Positions 45,019 through 54,613 of a stretch of 64,000 nt of DNA are shown piece after piece. Origin of the DNA: a virus. The DNA lies in IMG/VR virus record IMGVR_UViG_3300045988_146982, positions 1,038 through 65,037 of that record. The stretch is one strand, 5' to 3'. The position numbers were made by a program, and so were the translations under genes. Within the stretch, counting starts at the first letter, position 1; every line of letters starts with the position of its first letter. The notes under the pieces are model-generated. The model did not search any database and was not told where the DNA came from. It saw only the letters and a program-made list of their open reading frames with translations.

Positions 45019-45240
45019 TCAACACATTTTTTTTATCCCATAATCGAAACCCTGTTTATAGCCTTTAGCATATTCTCCGATGGTATATACCGCCATTGAC
45101 AGAAAAAATAGAAGGATACCTACAGGCTTATACCAACCGAGAAGCGAGATGGAAAACGGTTTAAATGTAATTATTAGATCTCCAACCCATAATAGGGCGA
45201 TAATACATATGATTGTAAATATAATTATTTTCATAATCAA
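45019..45240 (-). CDS. Small membrane protein (two TM segments)
   Basis: Hydrophobic segments IIIFTIICIIALLWVGDLII and VGILLFFLSMAVYTI. Confidence 0.45.
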   Translation of the reverse strand: MIMKIIIFTIICIIALLWVGDLIITFKPFSISLLGWYKPVGILLFFLSMAVYTIGEYAKGYKQGFDYGIKKMC

Positions 45241-45824
45241 TATCTTTTTCCGTTCAACTTAGGTCTTAGTTCATTGTATCTCATCTTCTGCTCCACATGC
45301 CATATAAGGTCTATGTTCATATGCTTGGCAAGCCCGAAGATAGCCAATATCATACTATTTAATTGATTTTCTAATAGACTGTCATATTCATACTCACACC
45401 TGATGGGAATTGTGGATATAGCGTATATACTCTCTGTAAAGGTTTCATCAGTGCAACTTCCCTCTGCATCGTACAACATATCTTCCGTAAAGTCCTCAAT
45501 GTCTATCTTACGCAATCCGCACAAATCAAGCAAGCGAATAACGGCATCGCTTAGTTCGTCTGGAAGTGTATCTTTGATATATTTTTCAAAACAACATTTG
45601 AAATTGGCATCATCGTGCGGTTCTTCATTCTCATAAGAAGATTTAAAAGATTCTCTGTCGGCACGTTTCCCTTTCCTATCTGCTTCCACAGCTTCCATAA
45701 GCTCGGAAATGACAAGGCAAAGGCAGTGTTCGTTACTCAGTTCTTTATCATGTAAACCGTGATCACAAGCTGTCTTATAAGCACGGTCCCGCCATTTATT
45801 CAAATTAATATTATCCATAATCAT
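45237..45824 (-). CDS. MazG-like nucleotide pyrophosphohydrolase (weak call)
   Basis: Helical protein with an E-x-x-E-x-x-E/D type motif, ISELMEAVEADRKG. Confidence 0.4.
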   Translation of the reverse strand: MIMDNINLNKWRDRAYKTACDHGLHDKELSNEHCLCLVISELMEAVEADRKGKRADRESFKSSYENEEPHDDANFKCCFEKYIKDTLPDELSDAVIRLLDLCGLRKIDIEDFTEDMLYDAEGSCTDETFTESIYAISTIPIRCEYEYDSLLENQLNSMILAIFGLAKHMNIDLIWHVEQKMRYNELRPKLNGKRY

Positions 45825-46189
45825 ATCAGTTTTAATGCTTCCTGTAATCCTGCTTCAAGTGCTTCCTCGTAGGTATCCCATCCCCCTCCGTCGTTTGTTC
45901 CTTTATAAGTAGAACTGGCTATATGAGTTCCATTGTCAGCTTTAGATATTTCGTATCCATAGCCACAAGCACAGTTATATACACATATATGAATGTTTTT
46001 GATTTCACGTAGCCACTTCTGGACGATGGATTGCATTGGACGAGAATAGTATGCTTTAGGTAAATTACTAGTTCGGATTATGATTTCCATTGTCAAGCCT
46101 TTATCGTTAATGATATATTTGCAATACTCATTAAAGCCTTTCTCTTTCAGCAGCTTCGCAGTCTCTAGTGTTACAAGTTCTTCGGTCAT
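45821..46189 (-). CDS. Hypothetical protein (122 aa)
   Basis: ORF with 4-nt overlaps. Confidence 0.45.
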   Translation of the reverse strand: MTEELVTLETAKLLKEKGFNEYCKYIINDKGLTMEIIIRTSNLPKAYYSRPMQSIVQKWLREIKNIHICVYNCACGYGYEISKADNGTHIASSTYKGTNDGGGWDTYEEALEAGLQEALKLI

Positions 46190-46191
46190 AG

Positions 46192-46407
46192 TTATTCCTC
46201 CTTCTCTATTTTTACTTTTCCGCGGTTAACAAAGCCATCACAGTTCATCAAAGCACAAAGACAGATGGCATATTCTTCCTTCTCCGACTTACTGCAAATG
46301 CGCAACAGTGAGCATTGGTTGCATGGGACATTTTCACTCACCATCTCATGCAACACTCCGTCTATTATTATTCCGTTCTTTATGTCCATAATTAATCTCC
46401 TTTCCAC
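46192..46407 (-). CDS. Cys-rich small protein
   Basis: 71 aa with CNQC...C...C.C...C. Confidence 0.4.
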   Translation of the reverse strand: MERRLIMDIKNGIIIDGVLHEMVSENVPCNQCSLLRICSKSEKEEYAICLCALMNCDGFVNRGKVKIEKEE

Positions 46408-46603
46408 CTACCCTAGCAGCATATACATTGCTACTAGGCATAGGTAATAAATTGTTGTTTTACTCATTTCTAATTTATTTTTGAATTAAAAGGCACGCCT
46501 CCGAAGAAATCCAAACTGTCACATTTAAAACTTTATCATAGGAAATGAAGAACGTACCCAGATTATTACTATTTTTGCTTCGCCACATTTAAAACTTATT
46601 ATT

Positions 46604-47359
46604 ATGAAAATTAGCGAAATCATTAGTGCTATGTCTACTGCTATTATTCCGATAGTAGCAAAAGGCACACCAGAAAGCATGATTTTTGCAGCTGGGGTGC
46701 AACCATTATTATCGACAGCTATTGATTCTATTCTTCTTGACATATTCCAAAAAGGTGTCACAAAGAAAGAAACAATAAGGTTAGGTATATCTTACATGTC
46801 AGCTGTAAATCAAGTTAATGAAAATATGAAGAATAACATTCCATTTAGGCAAGATGATATGTTTGTCTCTTCTAATATGAATTATTCAGATGCTAGCGAT
46901 GTGATAGAAGCTACCATAAATAGTATCATGCTTGATTCGGAACATAAAAAATCTGAATTTTATGGTTATTTTATTGCTAATTTAGGATTCTCTCCAGAAG
47001 TAGATTACACAAATGCTCTTTATATGCAAAATATTATTAAGCAACTATCTTTCAATCAACTATGTATTATTAGGTACTTTCAAAGTTGCGCTATTTTAGA
47101 TTTGTCTAACTGTACCAAATACATTGAGAATTCAGGAGATATAAAATCAATGGAAATATATTTTGGAATTAAAGAGCTCATTCGTCTTAATCTACTCAAA
47201 AGGCATCCTCCTTATACCCTAGGAGTTGACATGCAGAACCATTCATTAAATGTTAACGGACAATTAATTTGTAAGATGTTGAGTTTGCATAAAATTGATA
47301 TTGATAGCATAAACGCAGTTGATAATATTTTCAAAAAAATGGGTGTAAAAAAACTTTAG
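46604..47359 (+). CDS. Opposite-strand moron of unknown function (251 aa)
   Basis: Own -7 box (TATTTTTG about 30 nt upstream) and a 16-nt direct repeat CACATTTAAAACTTAT twice in its upstream region. Confidence 0.55.
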   Translation: MKISEIISAMSTAIIPIVAKGTPESMIFAAGVQPLLSTAIDSILLDIFQKGVTKKETIRLGISYMSAVNQVNENMKNNIPFRQDDMFVSSNMNYSDASDVIEATINSIMLDSEHKKSEFYGYFIANLGFSPEVDYTNALYMQNIIKQLSFNQLCIIRYFQSCAILDLSNCTKYIENSGDIKSMEIYFGIKELIRLNLLKRHPPYTLGVDMQNHSLNVNGQLICKMLSLHKIDIDSINAVDNIFKKMGVKKL

Positions 47360-47469
47360 ATTATATCCAAATATTCTAGGATACTATTTTCTGTGCAGGA
47401 GAATACAGTCCCATCCGGTGGACTAACAATATATTCTTCTGGATAAACTTTATCTTCATTTCAGTTCCG

Positions 47470-47964
47470 TTATACGTTAATTGGTAGTTTCATAAAACAC
47501 ATCCATATTGTTTTGCTCTGCCTTCCGGTAGTATGCCCAAATAAAGGTTTGAACGGGATAACAGACAAAACTTCCGCAGCTTTTATCTCACTCTCGTTCC
47601 ATTTGAATACAAGCGTGCCGTTAGGCTTCAAGACGCGCATACACTCAGTAAATCCATCGTGTATGAGTGACTGCCAGTCTTTCGGTAGTTTCCCGTACTT
47701 CTTAGCCATCCATGAGGTTTCACCAAGTGTTTTCAGATGAGGTGGGTCAAATACTACCATGTAAAAAGAATTGTCCTCAAACGGCAAGTTGGTAAAATCG
47801 GCTATTATATCCGGTTTTATCTCTATGGTTCTGATTTTACCCCTGTCATTGGCTGTTACTATCTCCGATCTCTTATCAACGAATAAGGCAAGAGGATTAT
47901 GTTTGTTAAACCAAAACATTCTACTGCCACAGCAGGCATCTAATATAAGTTTTCCATTTTCCAT
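47470..47964 (-). CDS. DNA methyltransferase, DPPH motif (N6-adenine or N4-cytosine class)
   Basis: Motif I-like LILDACCGSRMFW and motif IV VVFDPPHL. Confidence 0.7.
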   Translation of the reverse strand: MENGKLILDACCGSRMFWFNKHNPLALFVDKRSEIVTANDRGKIRTIEIKPDIIADFTNLPFEDNSFYMVVFDPPHLKTLGETSWMAKKYGKLPKDWQSLIHDGFTECMRVLKPNGTLVFKWNESEIKAAEVLSVIPFKPLFGHTTGRQSKTIWMCFMKLPINV

Positions 47965-49697
47965 TAAGCTATTTCTTTTGATTTCTTCAATCTCAACTTT
48001 CTCAATACTTTACAAAGTGCTTCAGTATTTTTTCTAGCTTGTGTAACCTCCACCGCATTCCCGATAAATTTCTTTTGGTCAGCTTGTGTGCCTATTAAAA
48101 CATAATCTTCAGGGAATCCCATAATCTTTTTGAGTTCCGGAATGCGAAGCATCCGCATTTTAATATCCACTATGCCATACAGTGCCATGAACTCCTTTAT
48201 CTTCACGATCATAGGACTATCATTGTCGTAGATTTCAATCGCTAGCCGTCCGCTTTCTGTTGCTACCAGATAGGGCGGCATCTTATCCATTCGTGCTATC
48301 AGGGTGAAGCAGGGGTTATCAACGGAGCTGCCAGCGCTGTTGAACTGTGGATTCATCAGATAATGCCATTTCCGGTTTGCGGTTATTGTCTGTGCCGGTT
48401 CCTCTATGTTGCTACCAATATTTGAGAAAGAAGTATTCATAATCCAAGGCTTGCATGTTATAAGTTTTTGCTTGGGATTGGTTAAAATTGCCGGACAAAT
48501 ATTGTCAATACTTGTATGTTGTCCTCCACCGGAATACTCATTGGCGATAAACCTTGGAGTTACTAATGATAATTTGTCTTTTGTTGTAACTGTCGCAGAC
48601 GGCTCGTTTACCGAATGATTATGTCCATTTCCATAATAAGCAGAGACAAAAACATGGTGGTCTTTGCAGGTGATTGCACCTGCCGGTTCTTCTACGGACA
48701 CATTCTTGCTTTCGGGATGTCCGCTGAACTGTTTGGAGAGAAAACTTACCTGTACCTTTGCAAAGCGGTTTTCAGTAGTCAACACTCCGCATGGTTCATC
48801 AACTGATTTGCATGTGTCTTGAGGGCGAACCGTATTGTAACGGGAAAGGAAAGCATCCTTTCCTCCGGCTACAAACTTGATAAGTCCAGCATAGATACGT
48901 TCAAGCGTTTTCTCTGCAAGAGGCTTTTCCCTGAAGATGGTAGTTCCTTCATCAGAGAAATCAAGCACATCCTTTACCGGCTTCCACTTCTCCAGCCGCG
49001 AAAACATATCTTGCCTACCACCCTTACAGTGGGTCGGTTCAGGGAATACTATCGGCAAACTCTTTTTAGCAAAGATGCCGAAGAAGCGTTTTCTTGTGGT
49101 ATAGGCGCCGAAGTCGGCAGCATTCAGGATACGGTGTTCAAAGTTGTAACCATATTTTTTCACGTTGCGTACCCACTTCTGATAAAGTCTTCCTTTATCC
49201 ATGCTGATAGGTTTCCCATTCTCATCCATATCTCCCCATGACATAAACTCTTCTACATTTTCAATCTGAATGTAATCAGGGTCTATAACATCAATATAAC
49301 GGAAGAGATGTTCTGCCAACGTTCGGCTGTCGGCATCTCTCGGCTGACCGCCTTTGGCTTTCGAGAAGTTAGTACACTCCAAAGAGGCATGAAGCATTAT
49401 CATGGCATCAGAGTATAGCTGGCGGATACGTTCTACAATAGTGCTTATCGGGGAAAGTTCCAGTGTACGGATATCCTCAATAAAGTGAAGTGCATCTGGG
49501 ATATTGGCATCATGTGAAAGGATGGCATTCTTGTCATGGTTCACACAACAAACAACCTTTGCACATTTATTTCCATCCAATCGTGCTTCTTCCACACCTT
49601 CGGATAAGCCACCGGCGCCACAAAAGAGATCAATAACAAATAGTTCTATATCGGACAGACCTTCAATGGATTTTAAGATATCTTTCTGCGATTTCAT
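47964..49697 (-). CDS. DNA (cytosine-5) methyltransferase, long form (577 aa)
   Basis: Motif I DLFCGAGGLSEG, catalytic Cys region SLECTNFS, ENV (IQIENVEEF), TTRKRFF, and C-terminal GNAV. Confidence 0.8.
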   Translation of the reverse strand: MKSQKDILKSIEGLSDIELFVIDLFCGAGGLSEGVEEARLDGNKCAKVVCCVNHDKNAILSHDANIPDALHFIEDIRTLELSPISTIVERIRQLYSDAMIMLHASLECTNFSKAKGGQPRDADSRTLAEHLFRYIDVIDPDYIQIENVEEFMSWGDMDENGKPISMDKGRLYQKWVRNVKKYGYNFEHRILNAADFGAYTTRKRFFGIFAKKSLPIVFPEPTHCKGGRQDMFSRLEKWKPVKDVLDFSDEGTTIFREKPLAEKTLERIYAGLIKFVAGGKDAFLSRYNTVRPQDTCKSVDEPCGVLTTENRFAKVQVSFLSKQFSGHPESKNVSVEEPAGAITCKDHHVFVSAYYGNGHNHSVNEPSATVTTKDKLSLVTPRFIANEYSGGGQHTSIDNICPAILTNPKQKLITCKPWIMNTSFSNIGSNIEEPAQTITANRKWHYLMNPQFNSAGSSVDNPCFTLIARMDKMPPYLVATESGRLAIEIYDNDSPMIVKIKEFMALYGIVDIKMRMLRIPELKKIMGFPEDYVLIGTQADQKKFIGNAVEVTQARKNTEALCKVLRKLRLKKSKEIA

Positions 49698-50086
49698 AAC
49701 TTCTCCTTTTTAAACAGGTGGCTGAACGCATTATCCAAATCCAAGTCTAGATTCAGTTTGGACGGGAAAGATTTAATGTATTCGTACATCTTATAAGCGA
49801 GGTTGTCATCATCACCGCATCTGTCAATCAGTGTGAGCAACATGGCGTTCACCATGTCAGAATCATTGCCGAAGTTTTCCTGAGTGGATTCGCTGCAATG
49901 ATTCACATCACTTTTCAATCTCTTTATCGCGGCTATGGCTGTGTTGAAGTTTCTTTTTGAATCGTGTCTGAGTTCAAAGCCTTCCTTCTTGTATTGCTGC
50001 TGCATTTCTAGAAGGTTGGTTTCTAAAACGTCCGTGAGGACAAATACGATATTGGTTACCGTATTAAGTTTGTCTGTTCCTTGCAT
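49694..50086 (-). CDS. Hypothetical protein (130 aa)
   Basis: The start is embedded in ACACGATCATG. Confidence 0.45.
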   Translation of the reverse strand: MQGTDKLNTVTNIVFVLTDVLETNLLEMQQQYKKEGFELRHDSKRNFNTAIAAIKRLKSDVNHCSESTQENFGNDSDMVNAMLLTLIDRCGDDDNLAYKMYEYIKSFPSKLNLDLDLDNAFSHLFKKEKL

Positions 50087-50277
50087 GATCGTGTATTTTT
50101 ATTTCTAATTTGAATGAATCCCCTTCGTTCTGTTTCTTCTAACAGTGGAAAGTCTTCATTCTTGATTTCACATTCTGTTTCGTAGTTCACGGAAGTATAA
50201 CTTGGGATATTGAACTTTTTCCGGATTCTTACGATAACATCCGGATTTCTTGTTACCCAGTAAACGGTTATTCTCAT
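50056..50277 (-). CDS. Hypothetical protein (73 aa)
   Basis: ORF only. Confidence 0.35.
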   Translation of the reverse strand: MRITVYWVTRNPDVIVRIRKKFNIPSYTSVNYETECEIKNEDFPLLEETERRGFIQIRNKNTRSCKEQTNLIR

Positions 50278-51089
50278 GGTGATATCAGCATTTTTCTAGC
50301 TTCCTCATCTCCTGCATCAGCACGGTGCTTGATTTCAATGTACTCAGCATAAGAGATTCTGTTATTTCCACGCTCCTCTATCTCTTTTTCACGTTGGTTT
50401 CTGTATCGTTCACGCTCTTTCCGTTCAATATCTTTCCGACGTTCAGAAACGTAGTCCAGCATCGCACTTGTTATTTTCAATGGATCTATTGAACCGTAGA
50501 ACCGCCCATACTTCCCTGACTTAAACCGTGCTATGAAAAAACAGATTTCAGCGGCATTTATATAATAATACTCCGAAAGGAATATCTCCGATAGTTCAGA
50601 AAGTTGCTCTTTCGCTATCTTGGTTGAAACTTCTGCAAAGTCATTCAATGAGCCAAATTGTATCTTTAGCCATTCTATCGGTGTTTCATCCCCATAAGTA
50701 GAAGACAATAGCCCTAAACTCGGAATGCTGTCATTCAACGCCAGTTCTGAATGGGTTGCATTACATCTGACAAGTTTGAACTGCAAATCAGGGTTGTAAT
50801 CAAAAATGAATTGTGCAGGATCGGGATATTTATTCAATAACGCCCTCTGCTTCAAGTTCCTTTCTCTTTTTTGCGGCAGCTTCTCTAACGGTTGTAGCGA
50901 CTGCAAGAACTGAATCACGTTTTCGCTGCTCGCTATCCTGTTGATTTTTACTAAGTCTTGTCCCATTATAGTTTCCTTCCAATATTTTAGTAAAGTTTGC
51001 TTGTTTGAAAATCCAATCAAAGTCGCATTTCCAATTGCGGTCATTAGCTCCAAGTAGGAACGGGGATTGAAGAATGAGATTGAAAACAC
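50274..51089 (-). CDS. Hypothetical replication-module protein (true start uncertain)
   Basis: Overlaps the upstream gene by 260 nt as drawn. The last possible ATG (MGQDLVK, 50966) still overlaps by 137 nt. Confidence 0.4.
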   Translation of the reverse strand: MFSISFFNPRSYLELMTAIGNATLIGFSNKQTLLKYWKETIMGQDLVKINRIASSENVIQFLQSLQPLEKLPQKRERNLKQRALLNKYPDPAQFIFDYNPDLQFKLVRCNATHSELALNDSIPSLGLLSSTYGDETPIEWLKIQFGSLNDFAEVSTKIAKEQLSELSEIFLSEYYYINAAEICFFIARFKSGKYGRFYGSIDPLKITSAMLDYVSERRKDIERKERERYRNQREKEIEERGNNRISYAEYIEIKHRADAGDEEARKMLISP

Positions 51090-51831
51090 TCCTCACTGAC
51101 TCTTTCCCATATTGGGCTATCCTGGCTTTTACAGCCTTTTTTCTCACATCAGTCATTGATCTTATCTGCTGGAGTCTGTCTTTGAATGTGGTATTATAGT
51201 ATTCCATCAATCCGCTGTAATCAATCTTTTCAGAGGGGGAGGGCGAAGAAAGCTTGTCTTTCTTTGATACTCCGTCAGGAGTATTTTCTTTCTTTTGATG
51301 TAGAGATATATCTATATACTCTCTTTCTTCTTTCTTTGTATTTGTGCCCTCTGTGTGCCCTGATTTTTGTAAAAGTTCAGATTGCGGTAGATTGTTGTTC
51401 ATGGACTGTGCCCCAAGTTGTGCCCATTCGTGTCTTAATTCATTGATTTCCTTTTCAATACCTGTGCCCTTACCTGTGCCCTTGGTTGTGCCCATTGGAT
51501 TATATTCTTCATATTTACATAAGGTTATAAGGTTCATTCCTTGATTGCACTCAACAGTTATCATACCTTTCTTTCTAAGATGCACAAGAAAGGAACGCAC
51601 CTTCTTTTCAGACCATTTCCAACGCTGTGACAGAAATCTTATGGATGCAGGATATTGACCTCTTGAATAAGAGATTTCTCGACCTCCGATACTCTCCTTT
51701 CGGGGCGTTGCCTCAAATCGTGCAGACTGAATTAAGTCTAACCACGCTTCGCAACTGCTAAAAGTACGGGCTTCATTCCACATTTCATTCGAGAAAAACC
51801 TGCGGCTTAGCCTCAAAAATCCTTCGTCCAT
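50830..51831 (-). CDS. Replication initiation / replisome-organiser-like protein (winged helix)
   Basis: N-terminal wHTH-like region RFLSQRWKWSEKKVRSFLVHLRKKGMI. It sits between the helicase and downstream replication genes. Confidence 0.45.
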   Translation of the reverse strand: MDEGFLRLSRRFFSNEMWNEARTFSSCEAWLDLIQSARFEATPRKESIGGREISYSRGQYPASIRFLSQRWKWSEKKVRSFLVHLRKKGMITVECNQGMNLITLCKYEEYNPMGTTKGTGKGTGIEKEINELRHEWAQLGAQSMNNNLPQSELLQKSGHTEGTNTKKEEREYIDISLHQKKENTPDGVSKKDKLSSPSPSEKIDYSGLMEYYNTTFKDRLQQIRSMTDVRKKAVKARIAQYGKESVRSVFNLILQSPFLLGANDRNWKCDFDWIFKQANFTKILEGNYNGTRLSKNQQDSEQRKRDSVLAVATTVREAAAKKRKELEAEGVIE

Positions 51832-51835
51832 AGTC

Positions 51836-53008
51836 TTAGAATCTCACGTTAGTTAATTGCCTTCCGTTAGAAAATACAGCCCACTTACCATTACCGCTAT
51901 CAAACAATCGTAAATCCGACACCTCTCCGAAACGTTTGATGTTACCGCATAAATCCACAATCCATCCACATTCTTTAGAAGGATGCGGGCGGATGGCACG
52001 ACCGACTATCTGATACCACATGGCAAGTGACATTGTAGGACGTGCCATAACGACCGTATCAAGTTCCGGATAGTCAAAGCCAGTCGTAAGTACACCCACA
52101 TTAGCTACTACCGGAATTTCACCAGCTTTGAACGCCTCAAGAATATGTTCACGTTCTTTCTTAGGAGTATCACCTGAAACGATAGCGCAACCGGGTATTG
52201 ACATCGTTAACCGTTCCGCTTCTTTCAAAAAACGGGTAAAGACCAAAATACCCTTCCGTTTTCCTCCGGCTTTGGGATTCATCAGTCTTTGGACGATATG
52301 AACGAGATAACTGTAAAAGTCTATCCGCTCATATTCTCTTTGGACTGACTTGTCTGTGTAATCAGCGCCAGTGGTATTTACTTTTAAGTTAAGTTCATTC
52401 CACCCTGAAGGATTCATTGAATAGTAATCCAGCTTCGCCAAGTAGCCCATATCTAATAGGGTTGACACCTGTACATGATAAATGACCTCTGAAAAGACAT
52501 GAGGTTTTGTCCGAGTGATGAATTTCAGCATAGAACCAAAGTCACGGCTGGAACTTAAACGATACGGTGTAGCTGTCAGTCCAAGAACCTTACACTTCAC
52601 CGCATCAAAAAAATCTTTGTACATACCCTCTTTAGGGTTAACAAGGTGGCATTCGTCCACGATGATGTTCTTGAAGTGGGTGAACAGTTCGGGATGATTC
52701 TTCACACTGCCGATGGTGGCGAATGTTATCCGGCTTATTTCTTTAGAGTTAAAGGATGCAGAATAGATGCTGCAATCAAGAATACCGTATGAACAGAGTT
52801 TCTTGAAATTCTGTTCGAGTATTTCCTTCGAGGGCTGGAACACCAAGGTATGACCGTCAAGCCTTGCGGCTATATCCGCTATGATAAGCGACTTTCCGCT
52901 GCCCGTAGGTAACACCATAATGGCATTTGTTTTCTTCGCCTTGTTATTGAAGAAAGAAACGGCAGCATCAGAGGCTTTCTGTTGGTAATCTCGTAATACA
53001 TAACTCAT
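51836..53008 (-). CDS. SF2 DEAD/DEAH-box DNA helicase
   Basis: Walker A LPTGSGKS, DECH box, and motif VI QIVGRAIRP. Confidence 0.85.
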   Translation of the reverse strand: MSYVLRDYQQKASDAAVSFFNNKAKKTNAIMVLPTGSGKSLIIADIAARLDGHTLVFQPSKEILEQNFKKLCSYGILDCSIYSASFNSKEISRITFATIGSVKNHPELFTHFKNIIVDECHLVNPKEGMYKDFFDAVKCKVLGLTATPYRLSSSRDFGSMLKFITRTKPHVFSEVIYHVQVSTLLDMGYLAKLDYYSMNPSGWNELNLKVNTTGADYTDKSVQREYERIDFYSYLVHIVQRLMNPKAGGKRKGILVFTRFLKEAERLTMSIPGCAIVSGDTPKKEREHILEAFKAGEIPVVANVGVLTTGFDYPELDTVVMARPTMSLAMWYQIVGRAIRPHPSKECGWIVDLCGNIKRFGEVSDLRLFDSGNGKWAVFSNGRQLTNVRF

Positions 53009-53484
53009 AGCCCTTTCTCCTTTCGTAACTTCTTATTAAGTGCTTTGTAATACTTGATTAGCTGTTCGTACTCAAAATCAGTCATTTTGGAAGTGCTGGC
53101 AACTTTGACTTTCAGCAAATCAAACTTCTGTTGACCGATTTTACCAATTAGATTCACCCGATAGCCTTCCAAATGGTCGGCTTTGAACCTGTTGCAGTGC
53201 CGGCATTCGGCATGGCAATTATTCTCATCAAACCGTGTTGCCAAATGTGTACGACTGAAATAGTGCCCGCAGTCTGCTTGTGTAAACGGCTTTATCTGCC
53301 CGCACGAGATACATCTAAAATACCCGTTTGGCATTGCATCACGAAGCCGGATAAAAAGGGAAAACTCCTTGTCGAGCTTAGCTTTCAAATCCGGCTTCTT
53401 CTTTACTGTTACCCCTGCTTTATCAAACAGAGGTAAAGGCTTGTTTTTCTTCTTAGCCTTTGTTCGTTTTATGTAGTACGGCAT
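53005..53484 (-). CDS. NinG/Rap-like recombination endonuclease
   Basis: FSLFIRLRD...CISCG...CGHYFSR...CHAECRHCN matches the NinG layout. Confidence 0.6.
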   Translation of the reverse strand: MPYYIKRTKAKKKNKPLPLFDKAGVTVKKKPDLKAKLDKEFSLFIRLRDAMPNGYFRCISCGQIKPFTQADCGHYFSRTHLATRFDENNCHAECRHCNRFKADHLEGYRVNLIGKIGQQKFDLLKVKVASTSKMTDFEYEQLIKYYKALNKKLRKEKGL

Positions 53485-53487
53485 TGT

Positions 53488-53898
53488 CTATTTGTCCAAT
53501 TGTTCCATCAAGTACCTTGTCTCTTGAACGACGGCTTGTTTATCCCAGTCATATTCATTGTCTCCATAATGGAATGTGTCAAACCCGAATATCCACCAGT
53601 CATCACCAACTTCTGTATTGTCGGTGATAAATTCTACATCGTCCAATATAGGATTCCTTTTACCGACATACTTGGGATTATATTTTCTTTTGCTTCCAAA
53701 AGATTCTTCACCGTTTATTGCTGGTTCAGAAAATGTGATGCCCCCATGTACGTCTATATCCTCAATATCAAAATAAGACATCCCATGATATTTGTTCACA
53801 GGGGGAACAGCCACATATCCGTTATGCGTTCCATACTCTACCATAGTGGACTTAAACCATTTGTTTGATTTTATAAATGCTACTGCTTTATTTTCCAT
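53488..53898 (-). CDS. Hypothetical protein (136 aa)
   Basis: ORF only. Confidence 0.45.
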   Translation of the reverse strand: MENKAVAFIKSNKWFKSTMVEYGTHNGYVAVPPVNKYHGMSYFDIEDIDVHGGITFSEPAINGEESFGSKRKYNPKYVGKRNPILDDVEFITDNTEVGDDWWIFGFDTFHYGDNEYDWDKQAVVQETRYLMEQLDK

Positions 53899-53904
53899 AG
53901 TTTT

Positions 53905-54360
53905 TTATTTAAATCCCCATTCTTTCATGTAGTCAATGCTTTCAGGAAATCCCTCTACTGATTTAGGACTAAGGAATATTTTCTCACTCTTCAATGAAGT
54001 ACCTCCCCAAACAGTAGCAGGGCATTCTTCATATTCTTCTTTAGAAACTTCACTTACATTAAAATGGGGTTGGAAGCCATATCCCATTACGCTTTCCCCT
54101 AAGTAAGTACCAAACTTCTTTAAAGCCCATTGAAATGCAATATCTTTATATAGGCAATGTTTAGAAAACACAGCCACATATATTTTATGAGAGAAATTTC
54201 CTGTTTCTGTTAAGTCAGGATTACATCTGATACAGAAATACTTAATACGTGAAAGTATTTCTTCAACAAACCTTTCATACTTCTCACAATCTTCTTTTGT
54301 CAAGAACTCTTTTCCATCATTTGCGATGTAAACAGTCTTAGTAATTTCTTTTGTTTCCAT
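53905..54360 (-). CDS. Hypothetical protein (151 aa)
   Basis: ORF preceded by a hairpin terminator (54375-54398). Confidence 0.45.
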   Translation of the reverse strand: METKEITKTVYIANDGKEFLTKEDCEKYERFVEEILSRIKYFCIRCNPDLTETGNFSHKIYVAVFSKHCLYKDIAFQWALKKFGTYLGESVMGYGFQPHFNVSEVSKEEYEECPATVWGGTSLKSEKIFLSPKSVEGFPESIDYMKEWGFK

Positions 54361-54447
54361 GTTTTTTTATTAAAGCCCCGAAGCGTATTCTCCGGGGCAC
54401 AACCATTATTACTAACCCGTGCCATTTATGTGTGGCTCACATTTATG

Positions 54448-54565
54448 TGGTGGTAGCAAGATTCGAACCTGCATGATAGGTGTTTTGATTGAAAATCCAT
54501 ATCCTCCCATTTACGAACCTATCTCGAAAGTCTACATAGCGTCTACACCCTTCCGCCATACCACC
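54448..54565 (-). ncRNA. tRNA-like RNA (118 nt) with canonical acceptor, D and T arms but an aberrant 66-nt core
   Basis: GGTGGTA/TACCACC acceptor, type-II-like D arm GCG-GAAGGGTGTAGA-CGC, and T arm GCAGG-TTCGAAT-CTTGC. The core contains a 7-bp helix GATAGGT/ACCTATC. A terminator hairpin lies downstream. Confidence 0.45.
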
Positions 54566-54613
54566 ATGTTCGCCCGCCCTATCTTCACAGACCGAGCAGG
54601 CAGATTGACAAAG

